The notes under the pieces are model-generated. The model saw only the letters and a list, made by a program, of their open reading frames with translations. It made no database searches and had not been told where the DNA came from. Below, piece by piece: positions 10,365 to 20,511 of a DNA stretch of 64,000 nucleotides. The stretch comes from a virus, in IMG/VR virus record IMGVR_UViG_3300007609_001486, positions 18,511 through 82,510 of that record. One strand, 5' to 3'. Both the position numbers and the translations under genes were made by a program. How positions within the stretch are numbered: position 1 is the stretch's first letter; the number at the start of each line of letters is the position of its first letter.

Positions 10365-11459
10365 ATGGCCGTCGGCGATTTAGTTACAGCATCAAGATTT
10401 AATAGTTTACAGAACAGAATATCCAGCATTTTAGGATTCGGAGCAGGCAACACTGGTTACGGACAAGGACTGTCTGGCTACGGGAGCAGTGTGTCAAGTT
10501 TGGAGGTTTCGAATGACGATCAACAAACAAATAATCAGATCTTAACTGACAATGCCAACAGTCTATATATTGATCTTATTAGGGCAAGAATTCATCAGAT
10601 AGGCCCAAATGACGCAGAAATACAAACCATTGTTGATAGTTTGTTAACTGATGACAGACCTATCCTATTCCAGAAAGATAAAAATATCGTAGCAGAAGAA
10701 ACATCTACATTTGTAGAGATTCCAGAACAAGGTGATCCTGATCAAAGCTACGAAAGAGAAGACCCTCTAGGGGCATTCAAAGGTTTTGCAGATTTCGAAA
10801 GGCTAATGGACGGAATTGAGCAGGATAAATTTCTAATGGACCCTACTCAAGGACAGTACGAACAAGGTTTACAAGACTCATTTTCAAACTCATGGAATAA
10901 CCTCAGAACACACGAAATAAAAGTTACGTTTCGAAGTCCAGACCATCGTCGACATTTTTTTAATGCAGGCGGCGAAATCAGATTAGAATTTGATTTGACA
11001 CCGTCAGGGTCCGACGCCAAATCGTTGGAATGGCAAAATCTTTTAAGCACAGCAGGGGTTGTTATTTTTAATTACAATTCCACAACAAGAAAACAGTCTA
11101 ACGACCCTAACGCATATCAAGGTGCTGTATCCCCAACCGAAACCTCTATCGGAAATTCACAACTTGTTAGTTCCTATCAAGTGATTTACCAGAAGACCAG
11201 TAACTCTTTTGTAGCCGCCGGAATATATTCACAAAATCTTGTTAAGGTTCGTGCAAAAGAATTAAGCCCAACAGAAATTCAATTTGAAGTTAGATTTGAA
11301 GACCTTTCACAAGACCCTGTTATAGATAATACTGTAAATGGCACACTTACCAGTACTATAGGCCACTTCAGAGCTAAAGGAAGCTTCACTGAAGCTAATG
11401 AGGCATATCTTAACATAGAAGTTCCTGCTCCAGTATACGAAACTGTTTCAAGTTTATAA
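10365..11459 (+). CDS. Virion structural protein (paralogue of 11520..12491)
   Basis: 364 aa. Motifs GYGQ, DLIRARIHQ and RRHFFNAGGEIR shared with the next ORF. Tail operon context. Confidence 0.6.
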   Translation: MAVGDLVTASRFNSLQNRISSILGFGAGNTGYGQGLSGYGSSVSSLEVSNDDQQTNNQILTDNANSLYIDLIRARIHQIGPNDAEIQTIVDSLLTDDRPILFQKDKNIVAEETSTFVEIPEQGDPDQSYEREDPLGAFKGFADFERLMDGIEQDKFLMDPTQGQYEQGLQDSFSNSWNNLRTHEIKVTFRSPDHRRHFFNAGGEIRLEFDLTPSGSDAKSLEWQNLLSTAGVVIFNYNSTTRKQSNDPNAYQGAVSPTETSIGNSQLVSSYQVIYQKTSNSFVAAGIYSQNLVKVRAKELSPTEIQFEVRFEDLSQDPVIDNTVNGTLTSTIGHFRAKGSFTEANEAYLNIEVPAPVYETVSSL

Positions 11460-11492
11460 ATTCAAAACGGTGTTCCAGATAATTAATTTTGT

Positions 11493-11500
11493 ATTAAATA
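11493..11500 (+). promoter_or_regulatory. T4-late-like promoter (ATTAAATA)
   Basis: TAAATA core 19 nt before ATG 11520, with an AAGGA SD. Confidence 0.4.
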
Positions 11501-11519
11501 AGCATAACAAGGATTTTCT

Positions 11520-12491
11520 ATGAGCCAAACCCTAATCACTGTAGCGAAGTTTAACGAATTGCAAGAAAGAATTACAGCTATTTTGGGCACTTCGACAACA
11601 GGAGCTCCGCAGTCTGGATATGGTCAGACATTGGAAAGCAGTGTGCATTATCCCGTAGAAGCTACAGTTGATTTAATAACAGCTCAGCAGTATGAAGATA
11701 TCTATATTGATTTAGTCCGGGCAAGAATTCATCAGGTAGGTGCATCTGCTTTTTCAGTAGATCCTTTTGTGATTGGAAGCGGTGCAGCTGGAACCGGAGC
11801 AGACAAAGCAGAGCTTGCTTACATAACAGATTTAGAAACTCTAATGACTACGATAGAACAGAATAAGTTTGATATAGATTCTACACAAATTAGTTTGGAG
11901 TTATTTGATCCAGGAAGCACAGGGTATACAGATCAGAGAACATCAAGTTGGCGTAATCGAATACAACATATATTTCGAATACAATTTGCATCAGTAACAG
12001 ACAGGCGACATTTTTTTAATGCAGGCGGCGAGATTAGATTCGAATCAGATTTGGTGTCTGCATCTGGAAATAAGGCATTAGACTGGGCCGACTTATTGGA
12101 CTCAATGGGAGTAATCAGTTTCGATCATACTGCAACTTCATCATCTGGTGCAGGCACAGGATCTACCATAGGAAATTATGATCTAACTGCAAGCAATCAA
12201 TTGCTGTTCAGAAAAAACAGCAATGCTATTAATAGCAGCGGAGCTTATTCTTCGAACTTTTTTGAATTATATGGTAGAAACATAAATGATTCAACAATAG
12301 AATTCTTAATGGATTTTAGAGATGCCGCAGGTGATAATGTTATTGACGACTTTGCTAGCGGAACTGTTAGAACCTTCATAAGATCAGCAACGCCATTCGG
12401 CACTGCTTCTATAAATGGAACTACATACGACACAGTGAAGCTATCTGATCCTGTTTACTCAATAGTTACTAGTTTAACATCCGGTAATTGA
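11520..12491 (+). CDS. Virion structural protein (paralogue of 10365..11459)
   Basis: 323 aa, Ser/Thr/Gly-rich. Same conserved blocks as the previous ORF. Confidence 0.6.
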   Translation: MSQTLITVAKFNELQERITAILGTSTTGAPQSGYGQTLESSVHYPVEATVDLITAQQYEDIYIDLVRARIHQVGASAFSVDPFVIGSGAAGTGADKAELAYITDLETLMTTIEQNKFDIDSTQISLELFDPGSTGYTDQRTSSWRNRIQHIFRIQFASVTDRRHFFNAGGEIRFESDLVSASGNKALDWADLLDSMGVISFDHTATSSSGAGTGSTIGNYDLTASNQLLFRKNSNAINSSGAYSSNFFELYGRNINDSTIEFLMDFRDAAGDNVIDDFASGTVRTFIRSATPFGTASINGTTYDTVKLSDPVYSIVTSLTSGN

Positions 12492-12516
12492 CAACTGTAG
12501 ATAATCCTGTTATACT
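12488..12516 (+). promoter_or_regulatory. Sigma70-type promoter TTGACA-N17-TATACT with extended -10 (TG)
   Basis: Near-consensus hexamers with 17 nt spacing. AGGAGG SD at 12526-12531 before ATG 12537. Confidence 0.8.
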
Positions 12517-12536
12517 ATTTAGGATAGGAGGACTAT

Positions 12537-12887
12537 ATGGACCAACGACTTTCAAAAGCTCTCGAGTTTGCAAACTATTCTCTCACATTAAGCAATCAGA
12601 AAAGAATTCTGCAGGAAAAGTTCTTTGAAGACTGTTTGTATTTCGCACAAGGCAGACAGTTTACAGTTACACCAGTATTAATAAATTTTGTTTCTTTATT
12701 ATCCAAAGAATCCAGAGATAACAGTGCAATTATAATTGACGATAACAATACTCCTGTAATAATTTCTGATCTAGAATCCTTTTTGAGTGATATTCTTGAA
12801 TGTTATAGCACAGCCTCTCAAGAATATCACGATAAGTATCTAGAATTATCTAAAAAAAGAAGTGTTGAGAGCTTGATAGATGAATAA
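12537..12887 (+). CDS. Hypothetical protein
   Basis: 116 aa with strong SD. 8-nt overlap with the next gene. Confidence 0.75.
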   Translation: MDQRLSKALEFANYSLTLSNQKRILQEKFFEDCLYFAQGRQFTVTPVLINFVSLLSKESRDNSAIIIDDNNTPVIISDLESFLSDILECYSTASQEYHDKYLELSKKRSVESLIDE

Positions 12888-13719
12888 TGGCGCAATACTA
12901 GTAGCTAATAATAATGGCCAGATTGACTATGTAAAACAGGCTGTTTTTCTGTCTACTAGAATTAAGAAATATCTAGATTTACCAACTACCGTTATTACGG
13001 ATTCTCCCGAATATTTAAAAAATAAATTTGATGTGAGCAATATTGATCAAATTTTAGAGATTCCCTATGTAAACACTGACAACAAAAGATTCTATTTTGA
13101 TGGATCTACTAAACATAAAACACTAATGTTCAAAAACCAATCTAGAACATTGGCGTACTTCATGTCGCCTTATGATAAAACAATAGTGTTAGACACTGAT
13201 TTTATTGTATCAAACAGTTTGTTGAAAAATTGCTTCGACAGCCCGAACGATTTAATGATGTATAAAGAAGCCCATGATTTGGCTAATGTAAGAGATATGC
13301 ACGAATTTTCGTATGTAAGTGATAAAGGAATAGAATTCTACTGGGCTACAGTAATATATTTTCAAAAAAATAAGAAAAATGATATATTCTTTGATTTGGT
13401 ATCCTATATAGAAGATAATTGGCAGCATTATCGGAAAGTATATCAAATCAGTAACTCTATGTTTAGAAACGACTTTGCCTTTAGTATTGCAATTAATATA
13501 ATGCAAAATTTTTATCCGGATCAAAGCATAGTAACAAAACTTCCTGGTAAACACTTTTTTACAATAGACAAGGACATCTTATATAAGATTCATGACGATT
13601 ATATGATGTTTTTGGTTGAGAAAAAAGATATTATCGGCGAGTACACTCCTATTTCTACAAAGGGTTTAAATGTACATGTTATGAATAAATTTAGTTTGGA
13701 AAGGTGCATTAATGAGTAG
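12880..13719 (+). CDS. GT-A fold (GT8-like) glycosyltransferase/nucleotide-diphospho-sugar transferase
   Basis: 279 aa. 'SPYDKTIVLDTD' DxD motif and 'RNDFAFSIA'. Confidence 0.65.
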   Translation: MNNGAILVANNNGQIDYVKQAVFLSTRIKKYLDLPTTVITDSPEYLKNKFDVSNIDQILEIPYVNTDNKRFYFDGSTKHKTLMFKNQSRTLAYFMSPYDKTIVLDTDFIVSNSLLKNCFDSPNDLMMYKEAHDLANVRDMHEFSYVSDKGIEFYWATVIYFQKNKKNDIFFDLVSYIEDNWQHYRKVYQISNSMFRNDFAFSIAINIMQNFYPDQSIVTKLPGKHFFTIDKDILYKIHDDYMMFLVEKKDIIGEYTPISTKGLNVHVMNKFSLERCINE

Positions 13720-14551
13720 AGGATTTCTTGTGTTGGCGCAAGATGAAAATACATCGGAAGATAAAAAATTAAGTTATATATCTCAGGCCTGTCTTCTTGC
13801 AAAAACTTTAAAAAAACATAATGCGGAAGAAAAAATTTCTGTGGTTACAAATAACAAGATCCAGACTAAGGATTTGAAATACTTTGATAAAGTTATTTCA
13901 ATTCCGGGTAACGACGATGCAACAAGTACACAATGGAAAATAGAAAATAGGCATAAACTTTATCAGTGCACTCCTTACGATAACACAATTGTAATGGACG
14001 TTGACATGGTTGTACTTGAGGATATAAGTAGATGGTGGACCTATTTAGAAAAATATGATTTATTTTTTACATCAAATGTAAAAACATATAGACAAGAACT
14101 TGTAACGGAGGATTCTTATAGAAAGGTTTTTACTGCAAATAATCTTCCTAATATTTACACAGGATTACATTACTTTAAAAAATCTAAAACCGCAGAAGAG
14201 TTTTATAATATGTTAGAACTAATTTGCAATAATTGGAAAGTTTTTTTTGCAGAGTGTTTGCCAAAAAATACGCCACCTGTGTTGAGTATCGATGTTGCTG
14301 CCAGTTTAGCAATAAAAATTTTAGGGATAGAATCACAAGTTCTCACCCCCAAATCCAGCGTCACCTTTACGCATATGAAATCATTGATACAAAATTGGAA
14401 AACTTATTCAGGAAGCTGGCAAGATAATGTATCTCCATACATAGGACGTAACGGTGATTTAAAAATTGGCAACAGTTTACAAAAAGGTGTTTTACACTAC
14501 ACAGAAGAAACTTTCCTAGACTGTCCGGGGATAGAAAATTTACATGAATAA
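13712..14551 (+). CDS. GT-A fold (GT8-like) glycosyltransferase, paralogue of the previous gene
   Basis: 279 aa. 'TPYDNTIVMDVD' DxD motif and 'FTHMK'. Confidence 0.65.
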   Translation: MSRGFLVLAQDENTSEDKKLSYISQACLLAKTLKKHNAEEKISVVTNNKIQTKDLKYFDKVISIPGNDDATSTQWKIENRHKLYQCTPYDNTIVMDVDMVVLEDISRWWTYLEKYDLFFTSNVKTYRQELVTEDSYRKVFTANNLPNIYTGLHYFKKSKTAEEFYNMLELICNNWKVFFAECLPKNTPPVLSIDVAASLAIKILGIESQVLTPKSSVTFTHMKSLIQNWKTYSGSWQDNVSPYIGRNGDLKIGNSLQKGVLHYTEETFLDCPGIENLHE

Positions 14552-15191
14552 TTTAACAAGTGTTTTTGAAAAAATTAATAAATCGTTGAAGCAAGAAGTT
14601 ACTAACTTCGTTTATTACGATAAACAAGGAGATATCAAAAGAATATCTAATACTTTTGAAAAGGATTCTGTTCTGAAATGCATAGAAGTCCCTCATAATT
14701 TAGTAAAAAATTTAATAATTGGAAAACATAAGTTTAGTGAGTATATGGTCTCATATGATAATTCTACAAAATTATTTTCGGTTGTTAATAAAAAAATAAA
14801 ATTTCAGTCTTGTCAACTGATATATCAAATTCCTAAATTACAGTTAGACGGCACGGCTTGTAGTATTAATCAGCTCAGAGACAACAACGACATGGTAGTA
14901 ATTCAAAATCTTAAAAACAATGTATGGCAAATTTACATTTCAAAAATCATACTGGCAAATATAAAAAAATATTATAACACTGATTTAAAAAAACTTATAC
15001 ATATTAGCATTACTGAAGAAAATGATCCTCATATATTTCTAAATTATGTTGATTTACCTACTAATGGTTTTCTAGGCAACGGCCCTATCGAAATTCCTTT
15101 TACAACGTTATTAGAACAAGAAAATAATGGAGTAAGTTTATTTGTTGAGAAATATTTTGATTCATATATCCACGGAGTCCTAAATGACTAA
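14544..15191 (+). CDS. Hypothetical protein
   Basis: 215 aa, translationally coupled on both sides. Confidence 0.7.
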   Translation: MNNLTSVFEKINKSLKQEVTNFVYYDKQGDIKRISNTFEKDSVLKCIEVPHNLVKNLIIGKHKFSEYMVSYDNSTKLFSVVNKKIKFQSCQLIYQIPKLQLDGTACSINQLRDNNDMVVIQNLKNNVWQIYISKIILANIKKYYNTDLKKLIHISITEENDPHIFLNYVDLPTNGFLGNGPIEIPFTTLLEQENNGVSLFVEKYFDSYIHGVLND

Positions 15192-16827
15192 TAAAAAATT
15201 TAAAGTAATAGATTATGATATTGTTTATCTCAGTTATGACGAACCAAATGCTGAAAAAAATTATGCCGATTTGTTAACGAAAGTACCTTGGGCTAAACGT
15301 GTACACGGTGTAGAAGGTTCTGATGCAGCACATAAAGAGTGCGCTCGTGTATCAGAGACTGAGAGATTTATCACTATTGACGGGGATAATATCATAAATC
15401 CTGAATTTTTGAATCAGGAAATAGACTTTGGGGATAAACAAGGTTTAGAAAACAGTGTTATTAGTTGGGTAGGAAAAAACCAAATTAATGGACTGATGTA
15501 TGGCAACGGCGGAATAAAATGCTGGCCAAAAGACTTAGTACTAAATATGCGGACGCATGAACACGCGGATCCTAATAATCCGCATGCACAAGTAGATTTC
15601 TGTTGGGATATTGAATATATTCAGATGAATACTTGTTTTTCTGAGGTGCATAATAATGCAACCCCGCAACAAGCATGGCGAGCAGGTTTTAGAGAAGGTG
15701 TTAAGATGGCCTTAGTTGAAGGAGTAAGGCCCTCGAAAGACGAGTTCTTAAATGGACATTGGAAAAATCTTAACAGACTATGGATTTGGTTAATGGTAGG
15801 CGCTGATGTAAAAAATGGTATGTGGGCGATTTATGGAGCACGTCATGGGCTATATAAAACCATGTGTACAGATTGGGATTATGTAAATGTAAGAGACTTT
15901 GAATACCTTAATAGTTTATGGCGCGAAATAGAAACCGAATTTGACAGTGCTTCTGGAGTTTACGAAGATACTATTGCATATGGAAATATGTTGCAACAAG
16001 AGTTAGATATTCCTATTGCAAGTGAACCTCTGAATCCAGAACAAAGTATTTTCTTTAAAACTGTGTATCAGAATCCAGTCAGGACGCATGGGCAGTTTAT
16101 AAAAGAAAGTAAGTCTAATGCAACAGCTACAGAAGAATATGATATTGTAATGATTACATATGGCGAGCCTAATGCAGATGAAAATTACGAAAATCTAAAA
16201 TTAAGGTTCCCCCGTGCAAAACGTGTTGATAATGTCGAAGGAATACACAATGCACACAAAAAAGCTGCTACCATTTGTAATACAGATATGTTTTGGGTAG
16301 TAGACGGCGATGCTAAAATAAAAGAAGATTTTAATTTTGAGTATAACGTACCAGAATCTGATAAAAACACTGTACATGTCTGGCGTTGTGAGAATCCTGT
16401 AAATGGATTAATTTACGGATATGGAGGTATTAAGTTATTACCTAGACATCTTACAGAAAACATGGATACAAGCAAGCCCGATATGACCACTAGTATTAGT
16501 AGGCATTTTAAAGTCGTTAATGAACTATCTAACATTACCAGTTTTAACACAGATGAATTTAATGCATGGCGAAGTGGATTCAGAGAGTGCTGTAAGTTAG
16601 CTTCTAAGGTAATCGATAGGCAAAAGACAGACGAAACAGAAGAACGGCTCAATATCTGGTGTACAGTAGGTGCAGATAAACCGTTTGGTAATTTTGCTAT
16701 TGCTGGCGCAATTGCTGGAAGAAAATATGGCCAAGAGCACACTGGTAATATAGACGCACTTAAAAAAATAAATGATTTTGATTGGTTGAGAAGACACTAT
16801 GACGAATACTACAGAAACAACGCTTAA
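15184..16827 (+). CDS. Two-domain glycosyltransferase-like protein (internal tandem duplication)
   Basis: 547 aa. Two copies of 'YDIV...Y.EPNA..NY..L......AKRV..VEG...AHK..A....T..F...DGD...NGL.YG.GGIK...AWR.GFRE..K'. Confidence 0.65.
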   Translation: MTNKKFKVIDYDIVYLSYDEPNAEKNYADLLTKVPWAKRVHGVEGSDAAHKECARVSETERFITIDGDNIINPEFLNQEIDFGDKQGLENSVISWVGKNQINGLMYGNGGIKCWPKDLVLNMRTHEHADPNNPHAQVDFCWDIEYIQMNTCFSEVHNNATPQQAWRAGFREGVKMALVEGVRPSKDEFLNGHWKNLNRLWIWLMVGADVKNGMWAIYGARHGLYKTMCTDWDYVNVRDFEYLNSLWREIETEFDSASGVYEDTIAYGNMLQQELDIPIASEPLNPEQSIFFKTVYQNPVRTHGQFIKESKSNATATEEYDIVMITYGEPNADENYENLKLRFPRAKRVDNVEGIHNAHKKAATICNTDMFWVVDGDAKIKEDFNFEYNVPESDKNTVHVWRCENPVNGLIYGYGGIKLLPRHLTENMDTSKPDMTTSISRHFKVVNELSNITSFNTDEFNAWRSGFRECCKLASKVIDRQKTDETEERLNIWCTVGADKPFGNFAIAGAIAGRKYGQEHTGNIDALKKINDFDWLRRHYDEYYRNNA

Positions 16828-17653
16828 TTGGGTCAGAGGCCTTTCTTCATATTTTGAATATGAAGGTGATCAAGAAGCTTACAAATTTATGCAGTTTTTA
16901 GAAAAAGCAATGTATTCAGATAATCCTGTTATTGATACTACAAACCCTAGTGGAATGATTGAGTTTATTAGCATTTTGCGAAAGTTTGCTCCTAACAAAA
17001 TTTTTGATATTTTTCACAAATATTATAGGCTAGACAACGATCCGGTTGCTTTACAAGATGCTTTCAGCAGGGGACAAGTCCTAAGTAAAATTTGGATAAT
17101 ACAAGAACTAAAAAAAATAAAGGAAGGCAATTTAGGAAATATTTTAGTTTTAGCAGGATGGTTTGGCCAATTTATTTCTTATATCGATAACTTTGACTTC
17201 GATGATGCAAGAATAATCGAATTAGATAAATCTGCATGTATAGCAAGTGATAGAATATTTAACTTAGACCATATTGAAGGTCATAAAGTCAAATCTGTTT
17301 TAGCTAATATAAATAATCTTGAATTGAATAAGAACGGTTATAATTTAAATGTAAAAACATACCATTCCGATAACGACGAAGGTTATACACAACAATTTTT
17401 ACCTAATCTTATAGTTAACACTAGTTCAGAACATATGTCAGAAGAATGGTTTTTTCAGCTTAAATTTAAAGAGTTAAATTCTGATCCACTGGTAATAATA
17501 CAGTCTAACAATTTATTTGACATTGAAGAACACGTAAATTGTGTACACAGCATCGATCACATGAAGAAAAAATATCCCTTTGATCAAATTTTGTACGAAG
17601 GCGAATTAGAACTTTATGGATATAAAAGATTTATGTTAATAGGAAGACCATGA
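16799..17653 (+). CDS. Class I SAM-dependent methyltransferase-like protein
   Basis: 284 aa. 'ILVLAGWFG' motif I, acidic 'IELD' and 'IVNTSSEH'. Confidence 0.6.
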   Translation: MTNTTETTLNWVRGLSSYFEYEGDQEAYKFMQFLEKAMYSDNPVIDTTNPSGMIEFISILRKFAPNKIFDIFHKYYRLDNDPVALQDAFSRGQVLSKIWIIQELKKIKEGNLGNILVLAGWFGQFISYIDNFDFDDARIIELDKSACIASDRIFNLDHIEGHKVKSVLANINNLELNKNGYNLNVKTYHSDNDEGYTQQFLPNLIVNTSSEHMSEEWFFQLKFKELNSDPLVIIQSNNLFDIEEHVNCVHSIDHMKKKYPFDQILYEGELELYGYKRFMLIGRP

Positions 17654-17877
17654 AATTAGATAATCTTACACTGCGGGAACTGCAAAAAGAAAGTGCCAGG
17701 GCATTAAGCACGATGCAGGCGACAAATAATAACATTTATCAATTTAACAAAGAAGCCCATCATAATAGTCACAATTGGTACAAAGCAGTAATAAAATGGT
17801 ATGTAGCCCAATATGGAGATTTACCAAGCAATATTGGACCTGGTAAAGATATTCAATTAATAGCAGGTGAAAAATGA
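17650..17877 (+). CDS. Small hypothetical protein (75 aa)
   Basis: ATGA overlaps at both ends, with an AGGA SD. Confidence 0.7.
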   Translation: MKLDNLTLRELQKESARALSTMQATNNNIYQFNKEAHHNSHNWYKAVIKWYVAQYGDLPSNIGPGKDIQLIAGEK

Positions 17878-18599
17878 ATAAAAAGACAATTGCTGTTATA
17901 GGTTGTAGCTTTAGTCTTCATAGACACAAATATGATACAAAGGTATGGCCCCAACTCCTTGCAGAACGTGTGTCCCCGCAAATAATAGTAAAAAATTTTT
18001 CAATGTTTTGTAACAGTGTGTCTAACCAGTGTCTACAAGCATTGGAAATTGTTAAATCTAAACCAGATTTAATTATAATCCAGTGGACCACAGATGGTCG
18101 TGTTACCTTTATAGAGGACGCAAACAAGTATAAGCATTTTTTATCCAGCAAAAAATACATGCGAGAATACTCGAAAGGATATTACGAGTATGATAGAAAT
18201 TATTTAGTTACCAAAGAGCAAAAAGCAAAAGGAAATTTTGATAATTACTGTATTCATTTCAATCCTGCAGATTTAGAATTGTATAAAAATAAATTTATAG
18301 ATACATACCAAACTATGTTACTGCACGGAGTAGGACCTTTAGGCGAATTCTCTGATAGATATTCTTATCTGCTTAAATCTTCTATTGCACACGAATGTAA
18401 AGAAAATGAGATAGGCTTGATAATGTTTGATTTCTTGGATAGATATCGTAATTGTCAAACACAGCACCTGGATTTCGTTGCAGAGAGAGAAATAGTTGAT
18501 TTTCCTAAAAAAGTTGTAGATACAGGGTTTCATTTAGGTCAAGATGGTCATAAAGAATTATCTAAAATTATGTATCCAAAAGTTAACAAGTTTATTTAG
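17874..18599 (+). CDS. SGNH/GDSL hydrolase-like protein
   Basis: 'IAVIGCSFS' block I and C-terminal 'DTGFHLGQDGH' block V. Confidence 0.55.
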   Translation: MNKKTIAVIGCSFSLHRHKYDTKVWPQLLAERVSPQIIVKNFSMFCNSVSNQCLQALEIVKSKPDLIIIQWTTDGRVTFIEDANKYKHFLSSKKYMREYSKGYYEYDRNYLVTKEQKAKGNFDNYCIHFNPADLELYKNKFIDTYQTMLLHGVGPLGEFSDRYSYLLKSSIAHECKENEIGLIMFDFLDRYRNCQTQHLDFVAEREIVDFPKKVVDTGFHLGQDGHKELSKIMYPKVNKFI

Positions 18600-18607
18600 G
18601 TTCTATA

Positions 18608-19564
18608 ATGAAGAAATTAAAAGTAGAAAGAGCATCTATAGAAATTTTTGGTGGCTGTAACTATAAATGCGTAATGTGTCCCCAGTCGAAAGGAAGGGGC
18701 TCGTCGTGGACTCGGAAAATGCCATTACCACATTTTGTAAAATTGCTCGATCAATTAGACGGCAATCCTCTTATACAATTAGAAGGTTCGGGAGAAGCGT
18801 TTCTTGCAAAAGACTTAGATTTATATATTGCTGAATGTTCTAAAAGAAATATGAAAACATTCGTTAAAACAAATGGCTCTTTCAACACAACTCTTATGGA
18901 TAAATGTCTAAAAGCGGGGTTGACGTACATCAGATTTAGCGTAATAGGGCATGACAGACTTTCATATAAGAAAAATATGTCTGTTGATAACTTTGACTTG
19001 ATCATGGATAATATAACATATTGTATTGATCAAATAAGAAAAAAGCATTACAATTGCGAAATTAGCATATATCACATTTTATTGTCTTCTGATGACGAGG
19101 AACTCCAAAAATATAAAACAATAGCAAAAAAACTAAACTGTAAATCATATGTTTGGAAAATGCACAATTGGAGCGGTAACATTGATAGTAAAAATAGAAA
19201 AATTGTTAATAAGCGCAGAACTTGTGGCCGACCTTTTGCTAATGAAATTACAATTAGAGCAGGAGGAGAACCGGGCAGATATGGTGCGGTAACACCCTGC
19301 GCACAAACACTAGGACCGCCCAATGAGACAAAGAGTGTATTAGGATATTCTGACAAAGAAAGTTTACATGATATATGGAATGGAGCTTTATACAACGAAC
19401 TAAGAGAAAAACATCTCAAGGAAGACTTTGATAATATAGATTATTGTAAAAAATGTGACTTTTTATATGATGATCCTGACGTGTTAGTTTGGACAAATGA
19501 TGAGGCTACCGATGTAGGTGATATACAAGGGACTAGCCTAAATTTATTAAGGCATTTAAAATGA
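18608..19564 (+). CDS. Radical SAM protein with C-terminal SPASM/twitch domain
   Basis: CNYKCVMC, GSGE and TNG motifs. C-terminal CGRPF...PC...CKKC. Confidence 0.9.
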   Translation: MKKLKVERASIEIFGGCNYKCVMCPQSKGRGSSWTRKMPLPHFVKLLDQLDGNPLIQLEGSGEAFLAKDLDLYIAECSKRNMKTFVKTNGSFNTTLMDKCLKAGLTYIRFSVIGHDRLSYKKNMSVDNFDLIMDNITYCIDQIRKKHYNCEISIYHILLSSDDEELQKYKTIAKKLNCKSYVWKMHNWSGNIDSKNRKIVNKRRTCGRPFANEITIRAGGEPGRYGAVTPCAQTLGPPNETKSVLGYSDKESLHDIWNGALYNELREKHLKEDFDNIDYCKKCDFLYDDPDVLVWTNDEATDVGDIQGTSLNLLRHLK

Positions 19565-20511
19565 AACTTGACCGAGACATATCCGACTTACCTCGTTTAC
19601 CCAACGAAGCATACGAATGCTTCAAAAATTATTTCTTTTATTACTTACCAAAATACCCCACTAGAAATATCTTAAAACAAGCGTTATGGGATCCAAACAG
19701 AGTGCCCGAATATGCTGAGCCTCACCGTTATTTAAATTTGGATTATAAAATGATGAAATTTTATCATACAGTGCCGGCGATAAAAAGTTATGCAGAACAA
19801 TTGTGGTTTTTAGTTTCAAGCATAGATCAAAAAGGAATACAAAGTCCATTATGTTCGGAGAATCTTAAAACTTTCCATCCTGGGGGTAAAAGGTATGCAA
19901 TTGCAGGTTATTTAGATATTCCCACAATGCCTGTACTTTTACAATCAACCAAAAAAATTCAAGAATATAACAGTCGGCAATTGCATCATTTATTTGAAAT
20001 TACAAATTTATATAATAATCAGTGTAGTATGAAAGTTAGAAAAGACACTGGTGCCTTGGAAGTTTCTTGGCATGGCGAAACTTCAATGCGTGACAATAAT
20101 GGTTATGATGATTGGAGGAAAAAAGCAGACAATGTGCTATCAAATACGAATACGAATACAAATTTTAACATACCAAAGTTTTTGCTACAAAACGGACTAG
20201 ATGTTGTTAATAAATTTAGGGTAGGAACAAAAATTGACGGTATTTTTAAGACAAATTATTGTAGGAAATCTAATAGCCCTATCAAAATTATAATTGATGA
20301 TATCAAGTATATTGATTTAGATTTGTGGGAGCTATATTTTCATATAGATCCCACTGTGCATTTGAAGGTAGATAAATCAAGTTACATACAGATTGTAAAT
20401 GAAATTGCTTCTAAAGACATTGTTTATAATAACTGTAGATTATTAGAAACATTAACTAGAAAAAAAATTTTTACAGCAGAGACTGTGTTACTAAACAGAA
20501 AAGGCAGATAA
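19561..20511 (+). CDS. Hypothetical protein, possible ParB/sulfiredoxin-like N-terminal domain
   Basis: 316 aa. 'SIDQKGIQSPL...HPGGKRYAIA.YL....MPV' resembles the ParB-N G..R motif. Confidence 0.35.
   Translation: MKLDRDISDLPRLPNEAYECFKNYFFYYLPKYPTRNILKQALWDPNRVPEYAEPHRYLNLDYKMMKFYHTVPAIKSYAEQLWFLVSSIDQKGIQSPLCSENLKTFHPGGKRYAIAGYLDIPTMPVLLQSTKKIQEYNSRQLHHLFEITNLYNNQCSMKVRKDTGALEVSWHGETSMRDNNGYDDWRKKADNVLSNTNTNTNFNIPKFLLQNGLDVVNKFRVGTKIDGIFKTNYCRKSNSPIKIIIDDIKYIDLDLWELYFHIDPTVHLKVDKSSYIQIVNEIASKDIVYNNCRLLETLTRKKIFTAETVLLNRKGR

Noticed and set aside
20143-20160. AATACG-AATACG-AATACA microrepeat (NTNTNT)
   Set aside because: Short, in-frame, low-complexity linker with no evidence of function.
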